In this document: in pieces, positions 1 to 9,802 of the stretch
Layout: each line of letters begins with the position of its first letter
How positions within the stretch are numbered: position 1 is the stretch's first letter
Origin: a bacterium
GTDB taxonomy: Bacteria > Patescibacteriota > JABMPQ01 > JBDRIV01
NCBI GenBank assembly: GCA_043815505.1
Contig: JBDRIV010000003.1
Coordinates: 62,239-126,238 of the forward strand
Reading direction: 5' to 3'
DNA length: 64,000 nucleotides
Position numbers and translations under genes: made by a program
The notes under the pieces: model-generated
What the model was told of the DNA's origin: nothing
What the model saw: only the letters and a program-made list of their open reading frames with translations
Databases searched by the model: none

Positions 1-193
1 GTCCCAGTGGTAAACCAATTTTAATTATCAGAATTGCCGCCACCAGTTCTCCCTCATCTTCAACTCCTAATCTGAAAATATTTTGACCAGCAGATACCTG
101 AAACTCTCCCCACGCAAATGATTGCAGTAAATTATTTCCTGCCAATTTGTTAATTTGCTTTTCATAGTCTGAATTTAATTCCTTGATATTCAT
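1..193 (-). CDS. Partial gene (N-terminus only, runs off window). Possible FemAB-family peptidoglycan bridge aminoacyltransferase.
   Basis: Reverse-complement of 1-193 translates MNIKELNSDYEKQINKLAGNNLLQSFAWGEFQVSAGQNIFRLGVEDEGELVAAILIIKIGLPLG with no stop. ATG overlaps the ruvA stop (ATGA). The QSxxWGEF N-terminal pattern resembles FemAB/FemX proteins. Confidence 0.35.
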   Translation of the reverse strand, partial: MNIKELNSDYEKQINKLAGNNLLQSFAWGEFQVSAGQNIFRLGVEDEGELVAAILIIKIGLPLG

Positions 194-771
194 TATTTGG
201 ATTTACCGGCTTCTTTTAGAACGTAGCGAATTTTATCTTCAAAGTTTTCCATTTCGGCTGGAATACTAACTGCTAAGTCGCGCGCTTCTTTATGTTTGTA
301 GCCCAAACCTTTGAGAGCATCAACCACTTCTTCTTGATCGGGAATTAATTTTGTTTTTGGCGCTATACCATTAACTGTAACTTTATCTTTCAAATCAACA
401 ATGATTCTTTCGGCCGTTCTCTTACCAATTCCAGAAACCCGAGTGAAAAGAGATTCGTCTTTTTGGGAAATGGCTTGTTTAATTTCTTCGGCTGAATTCA
501 TAGAGAGAATATTTACTCCTGCTTTTGGTCCCACACCAGAAATGGAAAGAAGTAATTCAAAAACTTCTTTATCATCCATATTCAAAAATCCATACAAATC
601 CATCGCATCTTCTCTTATATACTGATGAGTAAAAAGAGTAATTTCTTCTCCAACTTTCGCTTTTTCTAAAACTGAAAGTGGACAATGTGTTTCGTAACCC
701 ACTCCGCTGACATCCAAAATAACGTTATTACCGTGAATTTGAGCGATTTTTCCCTTTATTTGAGCTATCAT
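193..771 (-). CDS. ruvA: Holliday junction DNA helicase subunit RuvA
   Basis: 192 aa. N-terminal OB domain, two HhH motifs (LLSISGVGPKAG, FTRVSGIGKRTAERI) and C-terminal domain III: typical RuvA architecture. Confidence 0.9.
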   Translation of the reverse strand: MIAQIKGKIAQIHGNNVILDVSGVGYETHCPLSVLEKAKVGEEITLFTHQYIREDAMDLYGFLNMDDKEVFELLLSISGVGPKAGVNILSMNSAEEIKQAISQKDESLFTRVSGIGKRTAERIIVDLKDKVTVNGIAPKTKLIPDQEEVVDALKGLGYKHKEARDLAVSIPAEMENFEDKIRYVLKEAGKSK

Positions 772-860
772 CTTTTTGCTTAAATTAAATAAATTCTTAC
801 TCTATGATAGCAGAGATGAGAAATAAATAAAGTGCTTAAACTATTGGAAAAGTGTTAATT

Positions 861-881
861 TTGTGCTAGTATACATATTCG
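861..881 (+). promoter_or_regulatory. Putative sigma70-type promoter for uvrB (TTGTGC-N16-TATAAT)
   Basis: TATAAT hexamer about 13 nt upstream of the uvrB ATG with a TTGTGC -35-like element. Implies a very short leader. Confidence 0.3.
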
Positions 882-894
882 CTATAATTGAAAC

Positions 895-2937
895 ATGAAA
901 TTTGAACTGGAAGCACAATTTAAACCAACTGGCGATCAGCCCCAAGCAATCGAAGAATTAACGATCCGTTTTAATGATGGCGTGAAACACCAGACTTTGC
1001 TGGGCGTCACCGGTTCGGGAAAAACTTTTACCATGGCCAATGTGATAAACAATATTCAGCGACCAACTTTAGTGATATCTCACAATAAAACTTTGGCCGC
1101 ACAACTTGCTTCGGAATTCAGAGAATTTTTTCCCAACAATGCAGTTCACTATTTCGTTTCCTACTACGATTATTATCAGCCAGAAGCTTATATCCCCCGC
1201 ACTGACACTTACATTGAAAAAGAAGTTGATATTAACGAAGAGATTGATAGATTGCGTCACGCCGCCACTCATTCCCTCGCCACCAGAAAAGATGTCGTTA
1301 TTGTTGCTTCCGTTTCTTGTATTTACGGTCTCGGTCATCCCGATGATTACAACAAACTAAAAGTGGAATTGAAAAAGGGTATGTCCGTTCCGCGCGAAGA
1401 AATTGTGAAAGGATTGGTTAACATTCGCTACAATCGCAACGACATAGATTTTCATCGCGGGACATTTCGGGTTCGCGGCGATGTTTTAGACATCTTTCCA
1501 GCCGATGCGGAAAATATGATTCGCGCCGAATTTTTTGGCGATGATCTAGAAAGGATTTTGGAATTAGATCCCTTAACTGGTGAAGTATTGCGCGAATTAG
1601 AAGAAGAATTTATTTTCCCCGCTACTCACTTTGCCACCACCGATGACAAATTGAAAAAGTCTACCAGTATCATCAGCAAGGATTTGGCTGAGAGAATTAA
1701 AGAATTGAAAAAAGATAATAAACTAATTGAAGCGCAAAGAATTGAACAGCGAACCAATTATGATTTAGAAATGATTGAGGAAATTGGTTTCTGCAATGGC
1801 ATTGAAAACTATTCCCGCTATTTCGACGACAGAAAACCCGGCCAACCTCCATTTACATTAATAGATTATTTCCCCAAAGATTTTGCTATGTTTATTGATG
1901 AATCACACATGACCATCCCCCAAATCCGTGGTATGTACTTTGGCGATCGCGCGCGCAAAGAAAATTTGGTGGATCATGGTTTTCGCTTACCATCTGCTAT
2001 GGATAACCGTCCGCTAAATTTCGCTGAATTTGCCAAGCGCGTTAATCAAGCAAGTTATGTTTCTGCCACACCTGGTCCGTACGAATTAAAAAAGTCTGGT
2101 ATAAAATCTGGTTTAATAAAAGACGCTTTTGCTAAAAAAGATGTCCGCGCCAATGTTTCTGAGCAAATTATTCGACCAACTGGTTTAATTGACCCAGAAA
2201 TTGAAATCAGGCCGAGTAAAAATCAAATTGATGACTTATTAGAAGAAATTAAAAAGCGTACTGCGAAAAAACAGCGAGTTCTGGTTACCACTTTAACTAA
2301 GCGTATGGCAGAAGATCTGGCTGAATACTTGAAAGAGGCTGGAATTAAGGGCCATTATCTTCATTCCGAAGTTGACACCTTTGAGCGACTAGAGACACTC
2401 CGGGACTTACGCACTGGTAAATATGATGTGGTGGTAGGAATAAACTTGCTTCGCGAGGGACTAGATTTACCCGAAGTTTCGCTCGTGGCCATAATTGATG
2501 CTGATAAAGAGGGGTTTTTGCGCTCAGAGACTTCACTTATCCAGATTATGGGTCGCACCGCCAGACATGTTGAGGGACAAGTTATAATGTATGCTGATAA
2601 AACCACTCGTAGTATGAAAAACGCTATTTCTGAAACCCGCAGACGACGAAAGATACAGAAACAATATAACGAAAAACATGGCATTACGCCGAAAACAATT
2701 GAAAAAGCCATTACGAATGAAAGATTGGCGGGAGCAAAAACTTCTGCAGACAGAACTGTGGCAGATCTACCGACCAAAGAAATTCCGCAAGAAGAACTCC
2801 CCCGTTTAATCAAGGACTTGGAACAACAAATGGAATTAGCTGCTAAAAATTTAGAATTTGAAAAAGCAGCTGAATTAAGAGATCAAATTGGAGAAATCAA
2901 AGAAGCCAACAAAAAAAATAGGAAACTTGGAAACTGA
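895..2937 (+). CDS. uvrB: Excinuclease ABC subunit B (UvrB)
   Basis: 680 aa. Walker [16 protein letters not shown], helicase motifs, and C-terminal UVR domain ([12 protein letters not shown]). Confidence 0.95.
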   Translation: MKFELEAQFKPTGDQPQAIEELTIRFNDGVKHQTLLGVTGSGKTFTMANVINNIQRPTLVISHNKTLAAQLASEFREFFPNNAVHYFVSYYDYYQPEAYIPRTDTYIEKEVDINEEIDRLRHAATHSLATRKDVVIVASVSCIYGLGHPDDYNKLKVELKKGMSVPREEIVKGLVNIRYNRNDIDFHRGTFRVRGDVLDIFPADAENMIRAEFFGDDLERILELDPLTGEVLRELEEEFIFPATHFATTDDKLKKSTSIISKDLAERIKELKKDNKLIEAQRIEQRTNYDLEMIEEIGFCNGIENYSRYFDDRKPGQPPFTLIDYFPKDFAMFIDESHMTIPQIRGMYFGDRARKENLVDHGFRLPSAMDNRPLNFAEFAKRVNQASYVSATPGPYELKKSGIKSGLIKDAFAKKDVRANVSEQIIRPTGLIDPEIEIRPSKNQIDDLLEEIKKRTAKKQRVLVTTLTKRMAEDLAEYLKEAGIKGHYLHSEVDTFERLETLRDLRTGKYDVVVGINLLREGLDLPEVSLVAIIDADKEGFLRSETSLIQIMGRTARHVEGQVIMYADKTTRSMKNAISETRRRRKIQKQYNEKHGITPKTIEKAITNERLAGAKTSADRTVADLPTKEIPQEELPRLIKDLEQQMELAAKNLEFEKAAELRDQIGEIKEANKKNRKLGN

Positions 2938-3310
2938 ACCAGAATTTGTTCGTCAGCTTTTTATTACCTTTTTTATAACCAGTAGCATCTGGTTTTTTAT
3001 TTCGCTTGGTAAATTCATTTTCACTCCCCGTTTTGATAGCTCTGGTTATATTTTAACTTTGGTTTTGTTTTTACTTAGCTTGGCAATGATTTTAATTTTA
3101 CTATTTCCTAAAATAAGAAATTCTTTTATATATTCTTTAATGGTTGCCAGTTTTGCCTTTTTGTTAATTTTTTCTGGCAACCAAATATTACAAAAATCGG
3201 AAGCAGTTTGCCAGACAATAAAAAACTCTGAGTGGCAACAAGAATATTATTCTCTCGCCGGCCAAGCTTTGCAGAAGGAAACAAAAGAAAAACTGGCAGA
3301 GTGTTTGTAA
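2888..3310 (+). CDS. Hypothetical small membrane protein (3-4 TM helices)
   Basis: 140-aa ORF overlapping the uvrB 3' end. Hydrophobic segments, and followed directly by a hairpin terminator. No recognisable family. Confidence 0.3.
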   Translation: MEKSKKPTKKIGNLETEPEFVRQLFITFFITSSIWFFISLGKFIFTPRFDSSGYILTLVLFLLSLAMILILLFPKIRNSFIYSLMVASFAFLLIFSGNQILQKSEAVCQTIKNSEWQQEYYSLAGQALQKETKEKLAECL

Positions 3311-3316
3311 AACATA

Positions 3317-3339
3317 AAAATCGCTAAACAAGCGATTTT
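3317..3339 (+). terminator. Hairpin AAAATCGC-N7-GCGATTTT
   Basis: 8-bp perfect stem immediately after the 2888..3310 ORF. Confidence 0.45.
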
Positions 3340-3373
3340 CTGATATGATTAATTATATTACTAAATAATTTCT

Positions 3374-4156
3374 ATGAATATTGATAAGGCAAAAAGGATT
3401 GCTGTTGATTCAGTAAAAAAAGCTGGAGATATTTTGATTGACAATCTTAATGAAGAAAAGAAATTATATTATAAAGATACAAAAAATACTCGTGATTTTA
3501 CAACGGAAATTGACTTAAAATCAGAAAATATAATTGTAAATGCTATTAAAGAATTATTTCCAGATCACGGATTTGTTTCGGAGGAAATGGGAAAGGAAAA
3601 CGAAACTAAAGAATTTGTTTGGGTACTAGATCCAATTGATGGTACTTTAAATTATTCAAAAGGTCTTCCCCTCTTTAGTATTGGTCTTTGCTTATTGCAA
3701 AACCAAAAACCAATTCTAGGTATGAATTTCGATCCAATTACAAAAAATTTCTATTTTGCTGAAAAAGGCAAAGGAGCAACACTAAATAACAAAAAGATTT
3801 CAGTAAGCAATTGTGATGATTTAAATAAAGCTATGTTAATTTCTCACATATCTTCCACAGAAGAAAAACGTCGTTGGCTACTGGAGAACTTAAATGAAAT
3901 TTATAATAGAGTTTTACAAATTAGATTTCTGGGAGTTGCTCACAACTCTCAATCATTTATTGCAGCCGGTCAAGCTGATGTGTTTTTTGAAATCAGTACA
4001 TTTCCTTGGGATATTCTGCCTTGCACTTTAATCATTGAAGAAGCTGGCGGGAAAGTTACCGAAATAAATGGTGATCCTATTACACTAGAATCATCCACTA
4101 TCCTGGCAACAAATGGCAAACTGCATGATGAAATGTTAAAACTTCTTGCAACTTAA
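3374..4156 (+). CDS. Inositol monophosphatase family protein (SuhB/IMPase-like)
   Basis: 260 aa. Metal-binding motifs WVLDPIDGT and EEAGG typical of the IMPase/FIG superfamily. Confidence 0.8.
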   Translation: MNIDKAKRIAVDSVKKAGDILIDNLNEEKKLYYKDTKNTRDFTTEIDLKSENIIVNAIKELFPDHGFVSEEMGKENETKEFVWVLDPIDGTLNYSKGLPLFSIGLCLLQNQKPILGMNFDPITKNFYFAEKGKGATLNNKKISVSNCDDLNKAMLISHISSTEEKRRWLLENLNEIYNRVLQIRFLGVAHNSQSFIAAGQADVFFEISTFPWDILPCTLIIEEAGGKVTEINGDPITLESSTILATNGKLHDEMLKLLAT

Positions 4157-4157
4157 A

Positions 4158-5021
4158 ATGACTTCAGGATTCTTTTTAATAAATAAAGAAAAAGGGCCAA
4201 CATCATTTGATATTGTCAGTCGTGTTCGTAAAACTTTCGATATTAAAAAAGTTGGTCATGCCGGAACGCTAGATCCGCTAGCATCCGGTCTTTTAATTGT
4301 GGTTGTTGGCAATGGAACCAAGTTATTAGAATATGTTGTTGGTCACAATAAAACTTATGAAGCAGAAATAAAATTAGGTTATGAAACTGAGACTTATGAC
4401 CGAGAAGGAGAAGAAATTGTTATTGATAAAAAATTTGAACCGTCTAAAAAAGAAGTTATTGATATACTAAAATCTTTCTTAGGAAAGCAACAACAAGTTC
4501 CTCCTATCTATTCGGCTAAAAAACAAGACGGAAAACCTCTTTACAAAAAAGCTCGTGCTGGAGAAAAAGTTAAAGCAAAATCTCAAGATGTAGAAATTCT
4601 GAATTTAAAGCTAACGGAATACAAATTTCCTTTTGTAAAATTTAGTGTCGAATGTTCTTCTGGAACCTACATTCGCTCTCTTGCTTACGACATTGGTAAA
4701 AAACTAAAAACGGGTGCTTATCTCTCCAAATTGAAAAGAAACAAGATTGGAAGCTTTAATATAAAGGACGCCAAAGAAACTACTAAAATATCTACCAAAG
4801 ATATGAAACCACTGGTTGAACTTTTGCCAGAAATGCCAAAGTTAATAGTTTCTCCTGCGGAAATTGAAAAAATTAGAAACGGCCAACCTTTGCATAGAGT
4901 GTTTCGCGCGAAACACTCTATGGTAATGTTAATTGATAACAAGAATAATTCCATCGCCATTGCTTCTTATGATAAAAAGGTCAAATTGCTAAAACCCAAA
5001 AAAGTCTTAATCAGCTCTTGA
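4158..5021 (+). CDS. truB: tRNA pseudouridine(55) synthase TruB
   Basis: Catalytic motif GHAGTLDPLASGLL. The track ORF starts at a TTG at 4146, but the ATG at 4158 right after the suhB-like stop is the more likely start. Confidence 0.9.
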   Translation: MTSGFFLINKEKGPTSFDIVSRVRKTFDIKKVGHAGTLDPLASGLLIVVVGNGTKLLEYVVGHNKTYEAEIKLGYETETYDREGEEIVIDKKFEPSKKEVIDILKSFLGKQQQVPPIYSAKKQDGKPLYKKARAGEKVKAKSQDVEILNLKLTEYKFPFVKFSVECSSGTYIRSLAYDIGKKLKTGAYLSKLKRNKIGSFNIKDAKETTKISTKDMKPLVELLPEMPKLIVSPAEIEKIRNGQPLHRVFRAKHSMVMLIDNKNNSIAIASYDKKVKLLKPKKVLISS

Positions 5022-5070
5022 TTATTATTTTTTTCCTGTTATACTAAATTTTGATTCATAAATTATTGAA

Positions 5071-5349
5071 ATGCCAATAAAAGCATCTGCAAAAAAACAC
5101 CTAAGACAATCTAAAAAGAGACACGAACATAATGTGGGTATTAAAAGACAAATGCATCATATTTCGCGTGAAGTTCGTGATTTGTCCGCGGCTGGAAAAA
5201 AAGACGATGCTGAAAAAGCGCTTGTTAAAGCTTATCAAACTTATGATAAAGCTGCTAAAAGAGGAATTATTCATAAAAATGCCGCTTCCAGAACAAAAGC
5301 TAGATTATCAAAAGCTGTGAAAAATACGGAAAAGAAAAAATCTGAATAA
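5071..5349 (+). CDS. rpsT: 30S ribosomal protein S20
   Basis: 92 aa, highly basic, N-terminus MPIKASAKKHLRQSKKRHEHN. Characteristic S20. Confidence 0.85.
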   Translation: MPIKASAKKHLRQSKKRHEHNVGIKRQMHHISREVRDLSAAGKKDDAEKALVKAYQTYDKAAKRGIIHKNAASRTKARLSKAVKNTEKKKSE

Positions 5350-5363
5350 ATTATATTTTAAAA

Positions 5364-5387
5364 ACCTCGCTAGTTGCGGGGTTTTTT
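5364..5387 (+). terminator. Rho-independent terminator after rpsT
   Basis: CCTCGC-TAGTT-GCGGGG stem (one G-U pair) followed by TTTTTTG. Confidence 0.6.
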
Positions 5388-5390
5388 GAT

Positions 5391-5420
5391 TGACAAATTT
5401 AGCTTGTTTGATATAAAGAA
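5391..5420 (+). promoter_or_regulatory. Putative promoter (TTGACA -35) for the pentapeptide-repeat gene
   Basis: Consensus TTGACA followed about 17 nt later by an A/T-rich -10-like hexamer. A strong RBS AAAGGAGG lies 8 nt before the ATG at 5473. Confidence 0.3.
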
Positions 5421-5472
5421 GTGATTTATTAGTTAGATTAACGTACATTTAAAATGTAAAGGAGGACGAGAG

Positions 5473-6318
5473 ATGTCTTTGAAAAATGAGATGTGGGAAG
5501 TTTTGAAAACACAAGGCGCTGAAGCTTTCAACAGAATGCGTAAAGAAGAACCTGGTTTCCGTCCTAATTTTTCCGGTTATGATTTCCGCGGTTTGGAAAT
5601 TGAGGGAATTGATCTTTCTTTTGCAAATCTTACCGAAGCTAACTTTCGAGAGATGACAATTCACAAAGCAGATTTCTCTCATGCTTCAATGTCCCATGCC
5701 AATCTTTCCTTCAGCGTGCTCTGCGACACCAGGTTTGATGCAGTTAAATCAGAATGCATCGAAATTATGAACAGCAAAGTCTTCAACTGCATTTTCGACC
5801 AAGCAAAAATGGTGGAAGCTAATATGGCTAGAACTATTTTTGTAGGTGGTCACTTCTACGGCGTTAATCTGCTTAAGTCTTATTTGACTGATTCTGAATA
5901 CTGCTTACAGGGAGAGCATGGCGGAGCTATGACAGATTGTAATCTGCGAGGGGCTGAATTAAGCAATGCAGTCTTTCGTGGTTTGCTCATGGGTGGAACG
6001 GATTTTCGAGGTGCCACCATGCGCGGAACCGATCTTCGTCTGGCCAATCTGCGCGGTTGTATTTTTAAAGACCGCGAGGTCTCGAGAGCAAAGCTTAAAG
6101 GCGCTCACATTACTGTTCAGACTACAAATGGTTTTACCGAAGCGCGAATTTTAGAAGTTCTGCCCCTTAGCTGTTCTGATATAAGTGAGATCATACCTTC
6201 TTCAGCAAGTGAAGGTCATGAATTTTTTGTCACTTGGCAAGACTTGATTGTTAATATTCGCACCCTGCCCACTGAGCCTGGCTGGGATCCTTTCGACATC
6301 AACTACCTTAATTTGTAG
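5473..6318 (+). CDS. Pentapeptide-repeat protein
   Basis: 281 aa with many tandem A(D/N)LxX pentapeptides (ANLTEANFREMTIHKADFSHASMSHANLSFSVL, RGAELSNAVFRGLLMGGTDFRGATMRGTDLRLANLRGC). Confidence 0.8.
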   Translation: MSLKNEMWEVLKTQGAEAFNRMRKEEPGFRPNFSGYDFRGLEIEGIDLSFANLTEANFREMTIHKADFSHASMSHANLSFSVLCDTRFDAVKSECIEIMNSKVFNCIFDQAKMVEANMARTIFVGGHFYGVNLLKSYLTDSEYCLQGEHGGAMTDCNLRGAELSNAVFRGLLMGGTDFRGATMRGTDLRLANLRGCIFKDREVSRAKLKGAHITVQTTNGFTEARILEVLPLSCSDISEIIPSSASEGHEFFVTWQDLIVNIRTLPTEPGWDPFDINYLNL

Positions 6319-6383
6319 TTAACTAACCTCTGGATTTGCAACAGCATTTCCAGAGGTTTTACTTTTTATGCTATATTAAATCT

Positions 6384-7274
6384 ATGACTTGGGCATTTTT
6401 AACGTTAGCGACCGCGTTTTTATGGGCGCTAACAAACATTAACGATAAGATAATCCAAACTAAATGGGTTAAAGAACCGATGATTATTATGGCTGTCGTC
6501 GGTGGTTTTGCTTTTTTTATTGGTTTTATTGTTTGGATAATTATTGGTTTCAAAATCCTGCCTCTTTTTTACATGCTTCTATCTATCGGAATAGGAATAT
6601 TTTCTATTCTCAATGCAGTTTTTTATTTTAAAGCTGTAAAACTGGAAGAAATTTCTCGCGTTGCGCCTCTGTTCTATCTATCTCCCCTTTTTACATTGAT
6701 TCTGGCGGCAATATTTTTGGGAGAGATTTTTACTCCGCTTAAATATTTAGGAATTATTTTACTTATAATTGGTGCGGTTTTGATTTCTGTTCAACGCTCA
6801 TTAAAATACTTTATTCGTTTCAACAAGGCTTTTTATTTTATGATAATTTCTGCTTTTGTTTATGCGGTAGAATCAACCACAACAAAATTTTTAGTTGATG
6901 GTGCTGATTATTGGACAATATTTGTTTTTATAAGCTTTGGCGTGTTTTTTGGTTCGCTACCAATCATTTTTATCTATTCAAAAAATCTTACTGGAACTAT
7001 AAAAAAGTATGGCGTAAAAGTTATTGGCTTAGCGACTTTAAGCGAATTTTTTGGAACCAGCGGCTGGCTTTTATTTATGTTGGCAGCAACACTTGGTCCA
7101 ATAACCTTGGTCAATTCTTTAGCTGCTACGCAAATGGTTTTTGTTTTGATTTTAACTATCACTCTAAGTGTTTTCTGGCCGCGGCTTTTTGCCGAAAAAA
7201 TAAGCCCGAAAATTATCGGACTGAAACTTATGGCAATTGTTTTAATAATTGTTGGCGCTTATTTGATTATTTAA
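6384..7274 (+). CDS. EamA/DMT-family transporter (10 TM)
   Basis: Two duplicated about 140-aa hydrophobic halves typical of drug/metabolite transporters. The track ORF begins at a TTG at 6336; the ATG at 6384 (MTWAFLT...) is preferred. Confidence 0.65.
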   Translation: MTWAFLTLATAFLWALTNINDKIIQTKWVKEPMIIMAVVGGFAFFIGFIVWIIIGFKILPLFYMLLSIGIGIFSILNAVFYFKAVKLEEISRVAPLFYLSPLFTLILAAIFLGEIFTPLKYLGIILLIIGAVLISVQRSLKYFIRFNKAFYFMIISAFVYAVESTTTKFLVDGADYWTIFVFISFGVFFGSLPIIFIYSKNLTGTIKKYGVKVIGLATLSEFFGTSGWLLFMLAATLGPITLVNSLAATQMVFVLILTITLSVFWPRLFAEKISPKIIGLKLMAIVLIIVGAYLII

Positions 7275-7508
7275 TCACTCGCTACCTTCTCATAAACAAT
7301 TTGAGAAATTTCAGCAATGATATCGGATAAGGCATAAACATCTTTACCGCGAGTTATAACACAAAGTAAATACGGTTGATCGTTAGAATAAAATATTCTT
7401 TTTCATTTTAAAGAAATAATTTTGTAAAGCAAAATAGTTATGCACTCTTATTGTTGCGAAATAAAAATAATTGCTTTAAAATTATAAGTACTATAATTTA
7501 AAAACTAA

Positions 7509-8801
7509 ATGAAAAAGAATTTTTTATTCGTGTCAGCCGACGGATTAATATCCGATGTCGCCTGGCATGTTTTTAAAGAAGGTCATGAAGTGCGACTTTC
7601 TATTGATAATAAAGAAGAGGCTGATGTGGCTGACGGTTTTGTTCCCAAGGTTGCAAATTGGAAAGAGCACGTTGACTGGGCCGATGTGATAGTTTTTGAT
7701 GATGTGCTTGGTTATGGAACAAAGGCTGATAAACTGCGTAAAACTGGTAAGGCAGTAATTGGTGGTACACCTTATATTGATCGTTTGGAAGATGATCGCT
7801 CGTTCGGACAAGAAGAATTGAAGAGGCATGGTATTAATATTTTAACTTATCAAAATTTTACTGATTTCGATGAAGCCATAGGCTTCGTTAAACAGAATCC
7901 TAACCGCTATGTAGTTAAACCTAGTGGTGAAGCCCAAAATCTTAAACGTTTATTGTTTGTTGGTCAAGAAGAAGATGGTAGTGATGTGATAAGAATTTTA
8001 GAGGCTTATAAAAAAGTTTGGATTCATAAAATTAAAATGTTTCAGTTGCAAAAAAGAGTAGACGGCGTTGAAGTAGCTATTGGTGTTTTTTTCAACGGTC
8101 AAGAATTCTTGTCTCCAATAAATGTGAATTTTGAGCATAAAAAATTATTTCCGGGAAATATCGGACCAGCTACCGGTGAAATGGGAACTTCTATGTTTTG
8201 GAGTGAACCAAATAAACTTTTTAATTCAACATTGAAAAAAATGGAAGAAACTTTGCACCTAGAAAATTATGTTGGTTACATCGATTTAAATTGTATTGTT
8301 AATAACTACGGAATTTATCCGCTGGAATTCACCGCCCGCTTTGGTTATCCAACTATCAGCATTCAACAAGAAAGTATGAATATGCCGATTGGAGAATTTT
8401 TATATACCTTGGCTAATAAGGGTCCTAATAATTTCAAGGCTAAAAAAGGTTATCATGTGGGTGTGCGCTTGGTTGTTCCTCCATATCCTTTCCGAGATAA
8501 AAGAACTTTTGATTCTTATTCCAAGGATGCCACGATTGTTTTTAAACATAAAGATAATTTGGACGGTATTCATATTGAAGATGTAAAATTGGTAAATGGT
8601 CAATGGACAGTAACCGGTTCGCGCGGTGTGGCTTTAGTTGTAACTGGTAGTGGCTCAACCATGAAACAAGCACAACAACAGGCCTACAATCGTATTCAAG
8701 ATGTACTAATCCCTAATATGTATTATCGCACTGATATTGGCAATCGTTGGTATGAAGATTTTGATAAACTTCACACTTGGGGTTATTTGCGCGAAATGTA
8801 A
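7509..8801 (+). CDS. ATP-grasp enzyme, PurD-like (phosphoribosylamine--glycine ligase family)
   Basis: 430 aa. The length, the ATP-grasp fold and the LEFTARFGYPT motif (EFNxRFGDPE in PurD) fit. No other pur genes are in the window. Confidence 0.55.
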   Translation: MKKNFLFVSADGLISDVAWHVFKEGHEVRLSIDNKEEADVADGFVPKVANWKEHVDWADVIVFDDVLGYGTKADKLRKTGKAVIGGTPYIDRLEDDRSFGQEELKRHGINILTYQNFTDFDEAIGFVKQNPNRYVVKPSGEAQNLKRLLFVGQEEDGSDVIRILEAYKKVWIHKIKMFQLQKRVDGVEVAIGVFFNGQEFLSPINVNFEHKKLFPGNIGPATGEMGTSMFWSEPNKLFNSTLKKMEETLHLENYVGYIDLNCIVNNYGIYPLEFTARFGYPTISIQQESMNMPIGEFLYTLANKGPNNFKAKKGYHVGVRLVVPPYPFRDKRTFDSYSKDATIVFKHKDNLDGIHIEDVKLVNGQWTVTGSRGVALVVTGSGSTMKQAQQQAYNRIQDVLIPNMYYRTDIGNRWYEDFDKLHTWGYLREM

Positions 8802-8817
8802 ATTTTGTATTAGAAAA

Positions 8818-8849
8818 CCCCGCCAGTTGTATAAAACCGGTGGGGTTTT
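8818..8849. terminator. Bidirectional hairpin terminator between the PurD-like gene (+) and the cupin pseudogene (-)
   Basis: CCCCGCC-N13-GGTGGGG stem flanked by A-run and T-run. Confidence 0.5.
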
Positions 8850-8879
8850 GAATGTGCAAGTTTTAGAATTATTTTTTAG

Positions 8880-9262
8880 CGCGGCCGAATCTTCTTCGAA
8901 GCGCACGATATCATTCTCGTCAAGAATCGAACCGTATCAAATCTCGACAATGCGCAGATAAGTGGTAGCGGCACTGTCCATTCGGTGCCACTGTCCGCGA
9001 AGAATTGTTTCGGTACTGCCAAAGCAAACCAATTTGAGATCATCATTAATGGTCACAGTACCGATGTCGTCTACGACTTGCCACAATTCATCGCGACCTT
9101 TGTGTGACTGCAAGCTGAGCCCCTGACCCGGTTTGACAAATATTTCCCTGACAACGGACCGCCTTGATTTCGAACCATCCCCAAGGACGTTCATCTCTGT
9201 GACCAATATCCTCCTAAGTATAAATCTCTGTCATCGTCCTTCCCTCCCTATAAAAGAATGTA
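8880..9262 (-). pseudogene. Frameshifted cupin (mannose-6-phosphate-isomerase-like) paralog, GC-rich
   Basis: Conserved cupin motifs are spread over three frames (DERPWGWFEIKAV / VREIFVKPGQGLSLQSHKGRDELW / DENDIVRFEEDSAA). They are colinear with the intact paralog at 9803..10183. Local GC is about 50% versus about 35% background. Confidence 0.55.
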
Positions 9263-9342
9263 TGACACATTCGATTTGTAAAACAACATTTCCAATAAAA
9301 TTATTATCTAATTCCAAACCTGTCAATTTTTTTATAATAATT

Positions 9343-9387
9343 TAAAACCTCGCTGTTGAATCAAATCTAGATTCATAAGCGAGGTTT
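9343..9387 (-). terminator. Hairpin AAACCTCGC-N27-GCGAGGTTT downstream of the 9392..9787 gene
   Basis: 9-bp perfect stem with a large loop, flanked by A/T runs. Confidence 0.35.
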
Positions 9388-9391
9388 GAAG

Positions 9392-9787
9392 TTATGCGAG
9401 TTTGGCAGGGTTGATGTTTTTTTCAGCTATTTTTGCCAATAACGTTGCACAGAAAGTTTGAATGCGAACTGATTTCTTAAATTCGGGAGGGATTATTTCT
9501 TCGACTGTAATTGGTGAGCCAAAAACGGTGGCCATGTGTAGGCATCTGCAGAAACGTCTGCAATCGAAATCTCCTGTAATTTCATTCTGCCGAATAGCAT
9601 CTTGAATATGAAAAATGCATTGAGCTCTTTTTTGGCTTCTTTTTTCCTCTTTTTTTCTGGCTCGTTCATCTTCTGATTCGATTGAATTTTTGAGCTGTTT
9701 TATAATGCCATTGGCCCATAATTCAAAATTTTTTATAGTGGTCTCTGCTACAAACGTTTTTCCCTTACCCCCATTTACCATGTGCAT
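9392..9787 (-). CDS. Hypothetical protein (131 aa)
   Basis: ORF between the two cupin copies. Charged K/E-rich middle section and Cys cluster CRRFCRC. No family recognised. Confidence 0.4.
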   Translation of the reverse strand: MHMVNGGKGKTFVAETTIKNFELWANGIIKQLKNSIESEDERARKKEEKRSQKRAQCIFHIQDAIRQNEITGDFDCRRFCRCLHMATVFGSPITVEEIIPPEFKKSVRIQTFCATLLAKIAEKNINPAKLA

Positions 9788-9802
9788 ACCTCCTATTTGG
9801 TT

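Noticed and set aside
6911-7330. 139-aa + strand ORF
   Set aside because: It lies in an alternative frame inside the DMT transporter gene. The downstream part (about 7290-7400) does contain, on the minus strand, a short stop-interrupted protein-like fragment, but it has no intact frame.
7412-7508. Invertible promoter (phase-variation switch) between the 21-bp inverted repeats
   Set aside because: No site-specific recombinase gene nearby and the IRs are short. Kept only as a low-interest finding.
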